Of a DNA stretch of 64,000 nt, positions 1-13,400 are shown one piece after another (within the stretch, counting starts at the first letter, position 1; every line of letters starts with the position of its first letter). The notes under the pieces were generated by a model. That model ran no database searches. It worked only from the letters and a program-made list of their open reading frames with translations, and was not told the origin of the DNA. The stretch comes from Heptranchias perlo (lineage: Eukaryota). The translations under genes were made by a program, and so were the position numbers. Where the stretch lies: contig NW_027139436.1 of the NCBI RefSeq assembly GCF_035084215.1, positions 124,001 to 188,000 on the forward strand. The letters are read 5' to 3'.

Positions 1-900
1 GAGGGAACTGTACATAAACACAGTTACAGTGTGGGAATACACAGAGTGAGGGAATTGTACATAAACACAGTTACAGTGTGGGAATAAACAGAGTGAGGGA
101 ATTGTACATAAACACAGTTACAGTGTGGGAATACACAGAGTGAGGGAATTGTACATAAACACAGTTACAGTGTGGGAATAAACAGAGTGAGGGAACTGTA
201 CATAAACACAGTTACAGTGTGGGAATACACAGAGTGAGGGAATTGTACATAAACACAGTTACAGTGTGGGAATAAACAGAGTGAGGGAATTGTACATAAA
301 CACAGTTACAGTGTGGGAATACACAGAGTGAGGGAATTGTACATAAACACAGTTACAGTGTGGGAATAAACAGAGTGAGGGAACTGTACATAAACACAGT
401 TACAGTGTGGGAATACACAGAGTGAGGGAATTGTACATAAACACAGTTACAGTGTGGGAATAAACAGAGTGAGGGAACTGTACATAAACACAGTTACAGT
501 GTGGGAATACACAGAGTGAGGGAACTGTACATAAACACAGTTACAGTGTGGGAATACACAGAGTGAGGGAACTGTACATAAACACAGTTACAGTGTGGGA
601 ATACACAGAGTGAGGGAACTGTTCATAAACACAGTTACAGTGTGGGAATACACAGAGTGAGGGAACTGTACATAAACACAGTTACAGTGTGGGAATACAC
701 AGAGTGAGGGAACTGTTCATAAACACAGTTACAGTGTGGGAATACACAGAGTGAGGGAACTGTACATAAACACAGTTACAGTGTGGGAATACACAGAGTG
801 AGGGAACTGTACATAAACACAGTTGCAGTGTGGGAATACACAGAGTGAGGGAACTGTTCATAAACACAGTTACAGTGTGGGACTGTACACAGAGTGAGGG
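1..900 (+). repeat. 47-bp minisatellite (GAGGGAACTGTACATAAACACAGTTACAGTGTGGGAATACACAGAGT), about 19 copies, runs off the window edge
   Basis: Direct tandem periodicity; an inverted array of the same unit lies at 25080-25640. Confidence 0.95.
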
Positions 901-1589
901 AATTTAATACAAAGTCATTTCCTGTCCCTTTCCTATCTTGTATCCCTCTCCAAGGTCTCCTCTCAGACACTTCACATCCACTCTCAGAAGCCCAAGTCTC
1001 TCCAGTCTTTCCTCATTACTCAGACCCGCCCCTGATACTGGGGAGCTGCCTCGAGACTCTTCTCTGTGCTGCCTCCAGCAGTCGATTGTCTCCCTGGTAT
1101 CTCGGTGACCAGAAATTGACCCAGTCCTCAAGGTGCAGTCTGACCAGAACTGGACCCAGTCCTCAAGGTGCAGTCTGACCAGAACTGGACCCAGTCCTCA
1201 AGTTGTAGAATGAATGAGGTTTGATTTTTTATTCTCAAATTTTACATTATTTCTGAAAATTTACGGATACAGAGAGAGAGAGAGGGAGAGAATTCGAGTG
1301 AGAGAGAGAGGCAGCAGGAGAGAGAGAGCGAGAGTGAGTGAGAGCGAGAAGCAGACAGTGAGGACGACAGAGTGAAAAAGACTAGAGAGTGAGAAAGACA
1401 GAGGGAGTGAGAGAGAGAGAGAATGAACGAGACAGAGTGAGAGAGACAGAGAGAGTGAGAGAGACAGAGGGAGTGAGAGATTTTATTTATAAAATCCCCT
1501 TCACATCCTCGAGGTGTCGGAAATCTCCTCACTGTCAATGAGCAACTAACTGTTTCACCGAATCCCGGCCCTTTCTCTGTCTGTCCCAC

Positions 1590-2745
1590 ACTAATCCCAC
1601 TGCCCCACCTGCTCCCCATAGCCCCGTATCAATCCGGAGCTAATCCCACTGCCCCACCCTCTCCCCAGAGCCCTGTGTCAATCTCACACTAATCCCACTG
1701 CCCCACTCTCTCCCCATACTCCTGTATCAATCTCACACTAATCCCACTGCCCCACTCTCTCCCCATACTCCTGTATCAATCTCACACTAATCCCACTGCC
1801 CCACTCTCTCCCCATACTCCTGTATCAATCTCACACTAATCCCACTGCCCCACCTGCTCCCCATAGCCCCGTATCAATCCGGAGCTAATCCCACTGCCCC
1901 ACCCTCTCCCCAGAGCCCTGTGTCAATCTCACACTAATCCCACTGCCCCACTCTCTCCCCATAGTCCTGTATCAATCTCACACTAATCCCACTGCCCCAC
2001 TCTCTCCCCAGAGCCCTGTGTCAATCTCACACTAATCCCACTGCCCCACTCTCTCCCCATACTCCTGTATCAATCTCACACTAATCCCACTGCCCCACTC
2101 TCTCCCCATAGTCCAGTATCAATCTCACACTAATCCCACTGCCCCACTCTCTCCCCATACTCCTGTATCAATCTCACACTAATCCCACTGCCCCACTCTC
2201 TCCCCATACTCCTGTATCAATCTCACACTAATCCCACTGCCCCACTCTCTCCCCATACTCCTGTATCAATCTCACACTAATCCCACTGCCCCACCCTCTC
2301 CCCAGAGCCCTCTGTCAATATCACACTAATCCCACTGCCCCACTCTCTCCCCAGAGCCCTGTGTCAATCTCACACTAATCCCACTGCCCCACTCTCTCCC
2401 CATACTCCTGCATCAATCTCACACTAATCCCACTGCCCCACTCTCTCCCCATAGTCCAGTATCAATCTCACACTAATCCCACTGCCCCACTCTCTCCCCA
2501 TACTCCTGTATCAATCTCACACTAATCCCACTGCCCCACTCTCTCCCCATAGTCCTGTATCAATATCACACTAATCCCACTGCCCCACAATCTCCCCATC
2601 GTCCTGTATCAATCTCACACTAATCCCACTGCCCCATTCTCTCCCCATACTCCTGTATCAATCCCAGACTAATCCCACTGCCCCACAATCTCCCCATCGT
2701 CCCGTATCAATATCACACTAATCCCACTGCCCCACTCTCTCTCCA
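1590..2745 (+). repeat. 49-bp minisatellite (ATCTCACACTAATCCCACTGCCCCACTCTCTCCCCATACTCCTGTATCA)
   Basis: Tandem periodicity; inverted, diverged array at 24235-24810. Confidence 0.95.
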
Positions 2746-5172
2746 GTCCTCAAGTTGCAGTCTTCCCAGTGCATGGACCCAGTCCTCAAGGTGCAGTCTT
2801 CCCAGTGCATGGACCCAGTCCTCAAGATGCAGTCTGACCAGAACTGGACCCAGTCCTCAAGGTGCAGTCTGACCAGAACTGGACCCAGTCCTCAAGGTGC
2901 ATTCCCACCAAAACTGGACCAGGTCCTCAAGATGTAGTCCGACCAGAAGTGGACCCAGTCCTCAAGGTGCAGTCTGACTAGAACTGGACCCAATCCTCAA
3001 GGTGCAGTCTGACCATAACTGGACCCAGTCCTCAAGGTGCACTCCGACCAGAACTGGACCCAGTCCTCAAGGTGCAGTCTGACCAGAACTGGACCCAGTC
3101 CTCAAGGTGCAGTCTGACCAGAACTGGACCCAGTCCTCAAGGTGCAGTCCGACCAGAACTGGACCCAGTCCTCAAGGTGCAGTCTGACCAGAACTGGACC
3201 CAGTCCTCAAGGTGCAGTCTGACCAGAAGTGGACCCAGTCCTCAAGGTGCAGTCTGACCAGATATGGACCCTGTCCTCAAGGTGCAGTCTGACTCGAACT
3301 GGACCCAGTCCTCAAGGTGCAGTCTGACCAGAACTGCACCCCGTCCTCAAGGTGCAGTCCGACCAGAACTGGACCCAGTCCTCAAGGTGCAGTCTGACCA
3401 GAACTGGACCCAGTCCTCAAGGTGCAGTCTGACCAGAACTGGACCCTGTCCTCAAGGTGCAGTCTGACCATAACTGGACCCAGTCCTCAAGGTGCAGTCT
3501 GACCAGAACTGGACCCAGTCCTCAAGGTGCAGTCCGACCAGAACTGGACCCAGTCCTCAAGGTGCAGTCTGACCAGAACTGGACCCAGTCCTCAAGGTGC
3601 AGTCCGACCAGAAGTGGACCCAGTCCTCAAGGTGCAGTCTGACCAGAAGTGGATCAAGTCCTCAAGGTGCAGTCTGACCAGATATGGACCCTGTCCTCAA
3701 GGTGCAGTCTGACCAGAACTGGACCCAGTCCTCAAGGTGCAGTCTGACCAGAACTGGACCCAGTCCTCAAGGTGCAGTCCGAACAGAAGTGGACCCAGTC
3801 CTCAAGGTGCAGTCCGACCAGAACTGGACCCAGTCCTCAAGGTGCAGTCTGACCAGAACTGGACCCAGTCCTCAAGGTGCAGTCCGACCAGAAGTGGACC
3901 CAGTCCTCAAGGTGCAGTCTGACCAGAAGTGGATCAAGTCCTCAAGGTGCAGTCTGACCAGATATGGACCCTGTCCTCAAGGTGCAGTCTGACTCGAACT
4001 GGACCCAGTCCTCAAGGTGCAGTCTGACCAGAACTGCACCCCGTCCTCAAGGTGCAGTCTGACCAGAACTGGACCCAGTCCTCAAGGTGCAGTCTGACCA
4101 GAACTGCACCCCGTCCTCAAGGTGCAGTCCGACCAGAACTGGACCCAGTCCTCAAGGCGCAGTCTGACCAGAACTGGACCCACTGCTCAAGGTGCAGTCA
4201 GACCCGAACTGGACCCAGTCCTCAAGGTGCAGTCTGACCAGAATTGGACCCAGTCCTCAAGGTGCAGTCCGACCAGAAGTGGACCCAGTCCTCAAGGTGC
4301 AGTCTGACCAGAATTGGACCCAGTCCTCAAGGTGCAGTCAGACCCGAACTGGACCCAGTCCTCAAGGTGCAGTCTGACCAGAACTGGACCCAGTCCTCAA
4401 GGTGCAGTCTGACCAGATATGGACCCTGTCCTCAAGGTGCAGTCTGACCAGAACTGGACCCAGTCCTCAAGGTGCAGTCTGACCAGAACTGGACCCAGTC
4501 CTCAAGGTGCAGTCCGACCAGAAGTGGACCCAGTCCTCTAGGTGCAGTCCGACCAGAACTGGACCCAGTCCTCAAGGTGCAGTCTGACCAGAACTGGACC
4601 CAGTCCTCAAGGTGCAGTCCGACCAGAAGTGGACCCAGTCCTCAAGGTGCAGTCTGACCAGAAGTGGATCAAGTCCTCAAGGTGCAGTCTGACCAGATAT
4701 GGACCCTGTCCTCAAGGTGCAGTCTGACTCGAACTGGACCCAGTCCTCAAGGTGCAGTCTGACCAGAACTGCACCCCGTCCTCAAGGTGCAGTCCGACCA
4801 GAACTGGACCCAGTCCTCAAGGTGCAGTCTGACCAGAACTGCACCCCGTCCTCAAGGTGCAGTCCGACCAGAACTGGACCCAGTCCTCAAGGTGCAGTCT
4901 GACCAGAACTGGACCCACTGCTCAAGGTGCAGTCAGACCCGAACTGGACCCAGTCCTCAAGGTGCAGTCTGACCAGAACTGGACCCAGTCCTCAAGGTGC
5001 AGTCCGACCAGAAGTGGACCCAGTCCTCAAGGTGCAGTCTGACCAGAACTGGACCCAGTCCTCAAGGTGCAGTCAGACCCGAACTGGACCCAGTCCTCAA
5101 GGTGCAGTCTGACCAGAACTGGACCCAGTCCTCAAGGTGCAGTCTGACCAGAACTGGACCCAGTCCTCAACG
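2745..5172 (+). repeat. 35-bp minisatellite (GGACCCAGTCCTCAAGGTGCAGTCTGACCAGAACT), about 69 copies
   Basis: Tandem periodicity; short copies at 1110-1203, and inverted at about 20295-20315, 24075-24230 and 25035-25070. Confidence 0.95.
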
Positions 5173-6671
5173 TGTAGAATGAATGAGGTTGATTTTTCTC
5201 CCAAATTTTACTTTATTTCATAAATTTTTTTGGATACCCACAGACAGAGAGAGAATTAGAGTGAGAGATGCAGCAGGAGAGAGAGCGAGAGTGAGAGAGA
5301 TACAGAAGCAGACAGTGAGGGGGACAGAATGAAAATGATAGAGAGAGTGAGAGAGACAGAGGGAATGAGAGAATGAGAGAGAGTGTGAGAGACGGAGAGA
5401 GACCGAGAGACAGAGAGGGTGAGAAAGAGACTAAGAGAGATTGGGAAACAGAGAGAGTGAGACAAAGATACAAAGAGAGAGTGTGAGAGATTGTGAGAGT
5501 GAGAGAGACAGAGAGAGTGAGAGAAAGAGACAAACGTCGGCAGACAGAGGGAGAGACAGTACGATATTTATAAAATCCCCTTCACATTCTCTCGATGTCG
5601 GAAAGCTCCTCACTGTCAATGAGTTACAAACTGTTTAACCCATTCCCTGGCCTTCCTCTGTCCGCCTCTTTTCGAGGCAGACAGACCCAGTTGAAGAGCT
5701 CCCACTGGCTCAGGCCCCTCTGTCGCAGGGGGCTCCTCCTGTGCTGTCATTTCACTGACACCCCCAGCAGCCCCTCGACATCTGGTGCTATTACACCGAC
5801 ACCCAGTGGCCCACGGTTATTATCACAAGGAACCAGCTGCCTTTAGTGTGGCTTCTGCAGTATGTAAGAATATTTACAGGGAGATCCAGAGACTGGCCCA
5901 ATATTTCCAGGAGGACCCATAGACTTGCCAATATTGACCGGGGTATCCAGAGATTGCCCCAATATTCACAGGGTGGTCTCCACACTGACTTGTAAAATGG
6001 TTCAGTTTCCATCTCTGATCGTAAACCCAACCCTCGAGAAACTCTCTGAAATTAAAGGATTTCACTCAGAAATAATCTGTCGCGTACCTGTTATCAATAA
6101 TCTGTATTGAGTGGAATGCAATGAGGCACCCTCGAGTGTCATGAACTGTAATTATGTCCAATGTCTTCATTGAACTGTACTTGATGTAACCTGCAAATTG
6201 TATGATCTGTATTGTGTACGTTTGGAATGTGATATGACAACTGTATTGTATGTATTGCAGCAAATTTTATGAATGAAGTATTTTTTTTGAACAAAAAAAT
6301 CTGCAGTCTGTAAATGAAACTGTTCTCCCTTCACATCAGTGCTGTCAGACTGAGGGTCTCATAGTTTCTGCTCTTCCAAATATTTATTAAAATAATACAC
6401 TGGGCTTTGGGCTTTCAATCTGTGTAATATTTGGTTAAATATATGTTGTGATATAAAAAGTGTGGGGTTTAAAGTTGTTCAAACTGAATCTGTTTGTTCA
6501 GTGACTGTAATTAATGTCAGTCTCCATGGGCCCTAATTGTGTCACTGGAGTGTTTCTCTCTGCTAGAAATAAGCGACTCCTTTCACCGTGTTATCACAGA
6601 GTGTCAGTGGGAGCATCACCTCCGGCACTAACAGGGATCAGAGAGAGGGAAAGAATAGATCGGGATCGGCA

Positions 6672-6960
6672 ATGGATCAGAATCTGGGAAGGATAGATTG
6701 GAATGTTACAACACTGGGTCGTAATCTGGGAAGGATAGATTGTAATGTTACAACACTGGGTCGTAATCTGGGAAGGATAGATTGTAATGTTACAACACTG
6801 GGTCGTAACCTGGGAAGGATAGTTCACCGCAGTCCATTCTGGATGATTCAATATCTGTTTGAAGATTATGATTCAATACCATTAAGCAATCGGATAAGTT
6901 ATGTGCTTATGGGGATACAAGTAATTTACTATCCCCTCCTCGCTGCTGTCGGTGTCACTG
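6672..6960 (+). CDS. GPR139-like orphan class A GPCR, coding exon 1 (N-terminus and start of TM1)
   Basis: ATG at 6672 reads MDQNLGRID...IQVIYYPLLAAVGVT. The donor G|GTAAGC at 6960/6961 is phase 1 and joins exon 2 in frame (G+TG=Val). The start codon is inferred. Confidence 0.85.
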
Positions 6961-7375
6961 GTAAGCCTCAAAACCCAGTTATTAATTCTATAAAGCATAT
7001 TTCAATTGATTATTATTCTTGTCATTTAAAAGTCCCACACTTGCCTCTGTTGGAGATCCTGGTAAGTCTCTATTTCCAGTTATTAATTCTAGAAAGCATA
7101 TTTCAATGGATTATTATTCTTGTCATTTAAAAGTCCCACACTTGCCTCTGTTGGAGATCCTGGGAAGTCTCAATCTCCAGTTATTAATTCTATAAACCAT
7201 ATTTCACTGTATTATTATTCTTGTTATTTTAAGGTCCCACACTTGCCTCTGTTGGAGATCCTGGGAAGTCTCCATATCCAGTTATTAATTCTATAAACCA
7301 TATTTCAGTGTATTACTGCCCTGGTCATTTCCTGACCCACACTCGCTGCTGTTCGAGTTGATTGTAAGTCTCTAT
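6961..7375 (+). repeat. About 101-bp tandem repeat x4 containing degenerate copies of the exon 1 3' end and splice donor
   Basis: Units end in CCCACACTTGCCTCTGTTGGAGATCCTGGTAAGT or CTCGCTGCTGTTCGAGTTGATTGTAAGT, compared with the exon end CTCGCTGCTGTCGGTGTCACTGGTAAGC. Confidence 0.8.
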
Positions 7376-7499
7376 ATTCAGCTTAAAAATTAGAGGGGAT
7401 CCCCGGGATGGGAGATAAAATTATAGGGGGACCGGGGATGGTAAAAATATGTTCATGGGAATCATCAGTTTGTGAGATTTAAGATTTAGAGGAGTTCCA

Positions 7500-10400
7500 G
7501 AGAAGGTACTAATGTTCACAGAGAGATCTAGAGATTGTACTCATATTTAAAAGGGATCCAGAGATTGTAATAATATTTACAGGTAATCCAGAGATTGTAC
7601 TAATATTTACAGGGGATCCAGAGATTGTACTAATATTTAAAGGTGATCCAGAGACTGCACTAATATTTACAGGGGATCCAGAGATTGTACTAATATTTAC
7701 AGGGGATCCAGAGATTGTCCTAATATTTACAGGTGATCCAGAGACTGCACTAATATTTACAGGAGATCCAGAAATTGTACTAATATTTACAGGTGATCCA
7801 GAGATTGTACGAACAGTTACAGGGGATCCAGAGATTGTACTAATATTTACAGGGGATCCAGAAATTGTACTAATATTTACAGGTGATCCAGAGATTGTAC
7901 GAATAGTTACAGGGGATCCAGAGATTGTACTAATATTTACAGGGGATCCAGAGATTGTATTAATATTTACAGAGTATCGACAGAGTGTACTAATATTTAC
8001 AGGGGATCCAGAGAATGTACTAATATTTACAGGGGATCCAGAGATTGTACCAATATTTACAGGGGATCCAGAGACTGTACTAATATTTACAGGAGATCCA
8101 GAGATTACACCAATATTTACAGAGGATCCAGAGATTGTACTAATATTTACAGGGGAGCCAGAGATTGCATTAATATTTACAGGGGATGCAGTGATTGTAC
8201 CAATATTTACAGTGGATCCAGAGATTGTACTAATATTTACAGGGGAGCCAGAGATTGCATTAATATTTACAGGGGATGCAGTGATTGTACCAATATTTAC
8301 AGTGGATCCAGAGATTGTACTAATATTAATAGGGGTTCCAGAGAATGTAGTAATATTTACAGGGGATCCAGAGATTGTACTAATATTTACAGGGGATCCA
8401 GAGATTGTACTAATATTTACAGTGGATCCAGAGATTGTACAGATATTAACCGGTGATGTTGAGATTCTTCTAACATTTACAGGGGATTCAGAAATTGTAC
8501 GAATATTTGTGGGGGAGCCAGAGATTGCACGAATATTTACAGGTGATCCAGAGATTGTACTAATATTGACAGGGGTTACAGAGATTGTACTAATATTTAC
8601 AGGGGTTCCAGAGATTGTACTAATATTAATAGCTGATTCAGAGATTGTACTAATATTTACAGGGGATCCAGAGATTGTATTAATATTTACAGGGGTTCCA
8701 GAGATTGTACTAATATTAATAGCTGATTCAGAGATTGTACTAATATTTACAGGGGTTCCAGAGATTGTACTAATATTAATAGCTGATTCAGAGATTGTAC
8801 TAATATTTACAGGGGATCCAGAGATTGTACTAATATTTACAGGGGATCCAGAGATTGTACTAATATTTACAGGAGATCCAGAGATTGTACGAATATTTAT
8901 AGGGGATCCAGAGATTGTACTAATATTTACAGGGGATCCAGAGATTGTACTAATATTTACAGGTGATCCAGAGATTGTACGAATAGTTGCAGGGGATCCA
9001 GAGATTGTACTAATATTTACAGGGGATCCAAAGAATGTACTAATATTTACAGGGGATCCAGAGATTACACTAATATTTACAGAGGATCCAGAGATTGTAC
9101 TAATATTTACAGGGGAGCCAGAGATTGCATTAATATTTACAGGGGATGCAGTGATTGTACTAATATTAATAGGGATCCAGAGAATGTACTAATATTTACA
9201 GGGGATCCAGAGATTGTACTAATATTTACAGTGGATCCAGAGATTGTACTAATATTAATAGGGATCCAGAGAATGTACTAATATTTACAGGGGATCCAGA
9301 GATTGTACTAATATTAATAGGGATCCAGAGATTGTACTAATATTTACAGTGGATCCAGAGATTGTACTAATATTTACAGGGGATCCAGAGAATGTACTAA
9401 TATTTACAGGGGATCCAGAGATTGTACAGATATTAACCGGTGATGTTGAGATTCTTCTAACATTTACAGGGGATCCAGAGATTGTACTAACATTGACAGG
9501 GGTTACAGAGATTGTACGAATAGTAATAGCTGATTCAGAGATTGTACTAATATTGACAGGGAATCCCGAGATTGTACTAATATTTACAGGAGATCCAGAG
9601 ATTGTACGAATAAATACAGGGGATCCAGAGATTGTACTAATTTTTAGAGGTGACCCAGAGATTGTACAAATATTTACAGAGAGGTCCAGTGATTGTACTG
9701 ATATTTAGAGGGGATCCAGAGATTGTACTAATATTTACAGGGGAGCCAGAGATTGTACGAATATTTACAGGGGATCCAGAGATTGTACTAATATTAACAG
9801 GTGATCCAGAGATTGTATTAATATTTACAGGGGATCTAGTGATTGTACTAATATTTACAGAGAGTTCCAGAGATTGTATTAATATTTACTGGGGTTCCAG
9901 AGATTGTACTAATATTGACAGGGGATCCAGAGATTGTACGAATATTTACAGAGGATCCAGAGATTGTACTAATATTTACAGGGGATCCAGAGATTGCATT
10001 AATATTTACAGGGGATCTAGTGATTGTACTAATATTTACCGAGAGTTCCAGAGATTGTATTAATATTTACTGGGGTTCCAGAGATTGTACTAATATTGAC
10101 AGGGGATCCAGAGATTGTACAAATATTTACAGAGGATGCAGAGATTGTTCTAATATTGGCAGGGGATCCAGAGATTGTACTAATATTTAGAGGGGAGCCA
10201 GAGATTGCATAAAAATTTTCAGGCGATCCAGAGATTGTACCAATATTTACAGAGGATCCAGAGATTGTACTAATATTTACAGGAGATCCAGAGATTGCAC
10301 TTATAATTACAGTGGATCCAGAGATTATACTAATATTTAAAGAGGATCCAGAGATTATACTTATTTTGACAGGGGATCCAGAGATTATACTAATATTTAC

Positions 10401-13400
10401 AGGGGATCCAGAGATTGTATTAATATTTACAGGGGTTCCAGAGATTGTACTAATATTAATAGCTGATTCAGAGATTGTACTAATATTTACAGGGGATCCA
10501 GAGATTGTACTAATATTTACAGGGGATCCAGAGATTGTACTAATATTTACAGGTGATCCAGAGATTGTACGAATAGTTGCAGGGGATCCAGAGATTGTAC
10601 TAATATTTACAGGGGATCCAAAGAATGTACTAATATTTACAGGGGATCCAGAGATTACACTAATATTTACAGAGGATCCAGAGATTGTACTAATATTTAC
10701 AGGGGAGCCAGAGATTGCATTAATATTTACAGGGGATGCAGTGATTGTACTAATATTAATAGGGATCCAGAGAATGTACTAATATTTACAGGGGATCCAG
10801 AGATTGTACTAATATTTACAGTGGATCCAGAGATTGTACTAATATTAATAGGGATCCAGAGAATGTACTAATATTTACAGGGGATCCAGAGATTGTACTA
10901 ATATTAATAGGGATCCAGAGATTGTACTAATATTTACAGTGGATCCAGAGATTGTACTAATATTTACAGGGGATCCAGAGGATGTACTAATATTTACAGG
11001 GGATCCAGAGATTGTACAGATATTAACCGGTGATGTTGAGATTCTTCTAACATTTACAGGGGATCCAGAGATTGTACTAATATTGACAGGGGTTACAGAG
11101 ATTGTACGAATAGTAATAGCTGATTCAGAGATTGTACTAATATTTACAGGGGATCCAGAGATTGCACTAATATTTAAAGGTGACCCAGAGATTGTACTAA
11201 TATTGACAGGGAATCCCGAGATTGTACTAATATTTACAGGAGATCCAGAGATTGTACGAATAAATACAGGGGATCCAGAGATTGTACTAATTTTTAGAGG
11301 TGACCCAGAGATTGTACAAATATTTACAGAGAGGTCCAGTGATTGTACTGATATTTAGAGGGGATCCAGAGATTGTACTAATATTTACAGGGGAGCCAGA
11401 GATTGTACGAATATTTACAGGGGATCCAGAGATTGTACTAATATTAACAGGTGATCCAGAGATTGTATTAATATTTACAGGGGATCTAGTGATTGTACTA
11501 ATATTTACAGAGAGTTCCAGAGATTGTATTAATATTTACTGGGGTTCCAGAGATTGTACTAATATTGACAGGGGATCCAGAGATTGTACGAATATTTACA
11601 GAGGATCCAGAGATTGTACTAATATTTACAGGGGATCCAGAGATTGCATTAATATTTACAGGGGATCTAGTGATTGTACTAATATTTACCGAGAGTTCCA
11701 GAGATTGTATTAATATTTACTGGGGTTCCAGAGATTGTACTAATATTGACAGGGGATCCAGAGATTGTACAAATATTTACAGAGGATGCAGAGATTGTTC
11801 TAATATTGGCAGGGGATCCAGAGATTGTACTAATATTTAGAGGGGAGCCAGAGATTGCATAAAAATTTTCAGGCGATCCAGAGATTGTACCAATATTTAC
11901 AGAGGATCCAGAGATTGTACTAATATTTACAGGAGATCCAGAGATTGCACTTATAATTACAGTGGATCCAGAGATTATACTAATATTTAAAGAGGATCCA
12001 GAGATTATACTTATTTTGACAGGGGATCCAGAGATTGTACGAATATTACAGGGGATCCAGAGATTGCACTAATATTTACAGAGGATCCAGAGATTGTACT
12101 AATATTTACAGAGGATCCAGAGATTGTACTAATATTAACAGGGGATCCAGAGATTGTATTAACATTCACAGGGGATCCAGAGATTGTACTAATATTTACA
12201 GGGGATCCAGAGATTGTACTAATATTTACAGGGGATCCAGAGATTGCATTAATATTTTCAGGGGATCCAGAGATTGTACTAATATTTACAGGGGATCCAG
12301 AGATTGTACTAATAATTACAGGGGATCCAGAGATTCTACTAATATTGACAGGGGATCCAGAGATTGTACTAATATTTACAGAGGATCTAGAGATTGTACT
12401 AATATTGACAGGGGATCCAGAGATTATACTAATATTCACAGAGGATCTAGAGATTGTACTAATTATGACAGGGGATCCAGAGATTACACTAATATTTACA
12501 GAGGATCCAGAGATTGTACCAATATTTACAGGGAAGCCAGAGATTGCAGTAATATTTTCAGGGGATCCAGAGATTGTACTAATATTTACAGAGGATCCAG
12601 AGATTGTACCAATATTTCCAGGAGATCCAGAGATTGCACTAATATTTACAGAGGATCCACAGATTATACTAATATTTACAGAGGATCCAGAGCTTATACT
12701 AATTTTGACAGGGGATCCAGACATTGTACGAATATTACAGGGGATCCAGAGATTGGACTAATATTTACAGGGGATCCAGAGATTTTACAAATATTAACAG
12801 GGGATCCAGAGATTGTGCTAATATTTACAGGGGTTCCAGAGATTGTACTGATATTTACAGAGGATCCAGAGATTGTACTAATATTAACAGGGGATCCAGA
12901 GATTGTACTAATATTTCCAGGGGATCCAGAGATTGTACTAATATTTAAGGAGGATCCAGAGATTGCATTAATATTTTAAGAGGTCCAGTGATTGTACTGA
13001 TATTTAGAGGGGATCCAGAGATTGTACTAATATTTGCAGGTAATCCAGAGATTGTACTAATATTGACAGCGGATCCAGAGATTGTACTAATATTTGCAGG
13101 GGATCCAGAGATTGTGCCAATATTTACAGGGGATCCAGAGATTGTACTAATAATTACAGGGGATCCAGCGATTGTGCCAATATTTACAGGGGATCCAGAG
13201 ATTGTAATAATATTTGCAGTGGATCCAGAGATTGTACCAATATTTACATGGGAGCTAGAGATTGCATTAATATTTTAAGAGGATCCAGAGATTGTACTGA
13301 TATTTACAGGGGATCCAGAGATTGTAGTAATATTTGCAGGGGAGCCAGAGATTGCATTAATATTTTCTGGGGATCCCGATATTGTACTAATATTTACAGA

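Noticed and set aside
2755-5182. Many 61-102 aa ORFs
   Set aside because: Translations of the 35-bp repeat
6588-7130. 180-aa single-exon ORF as listed
   Set aside because: Non-ATG start, and it reads through the 6960 donor into intron repeat
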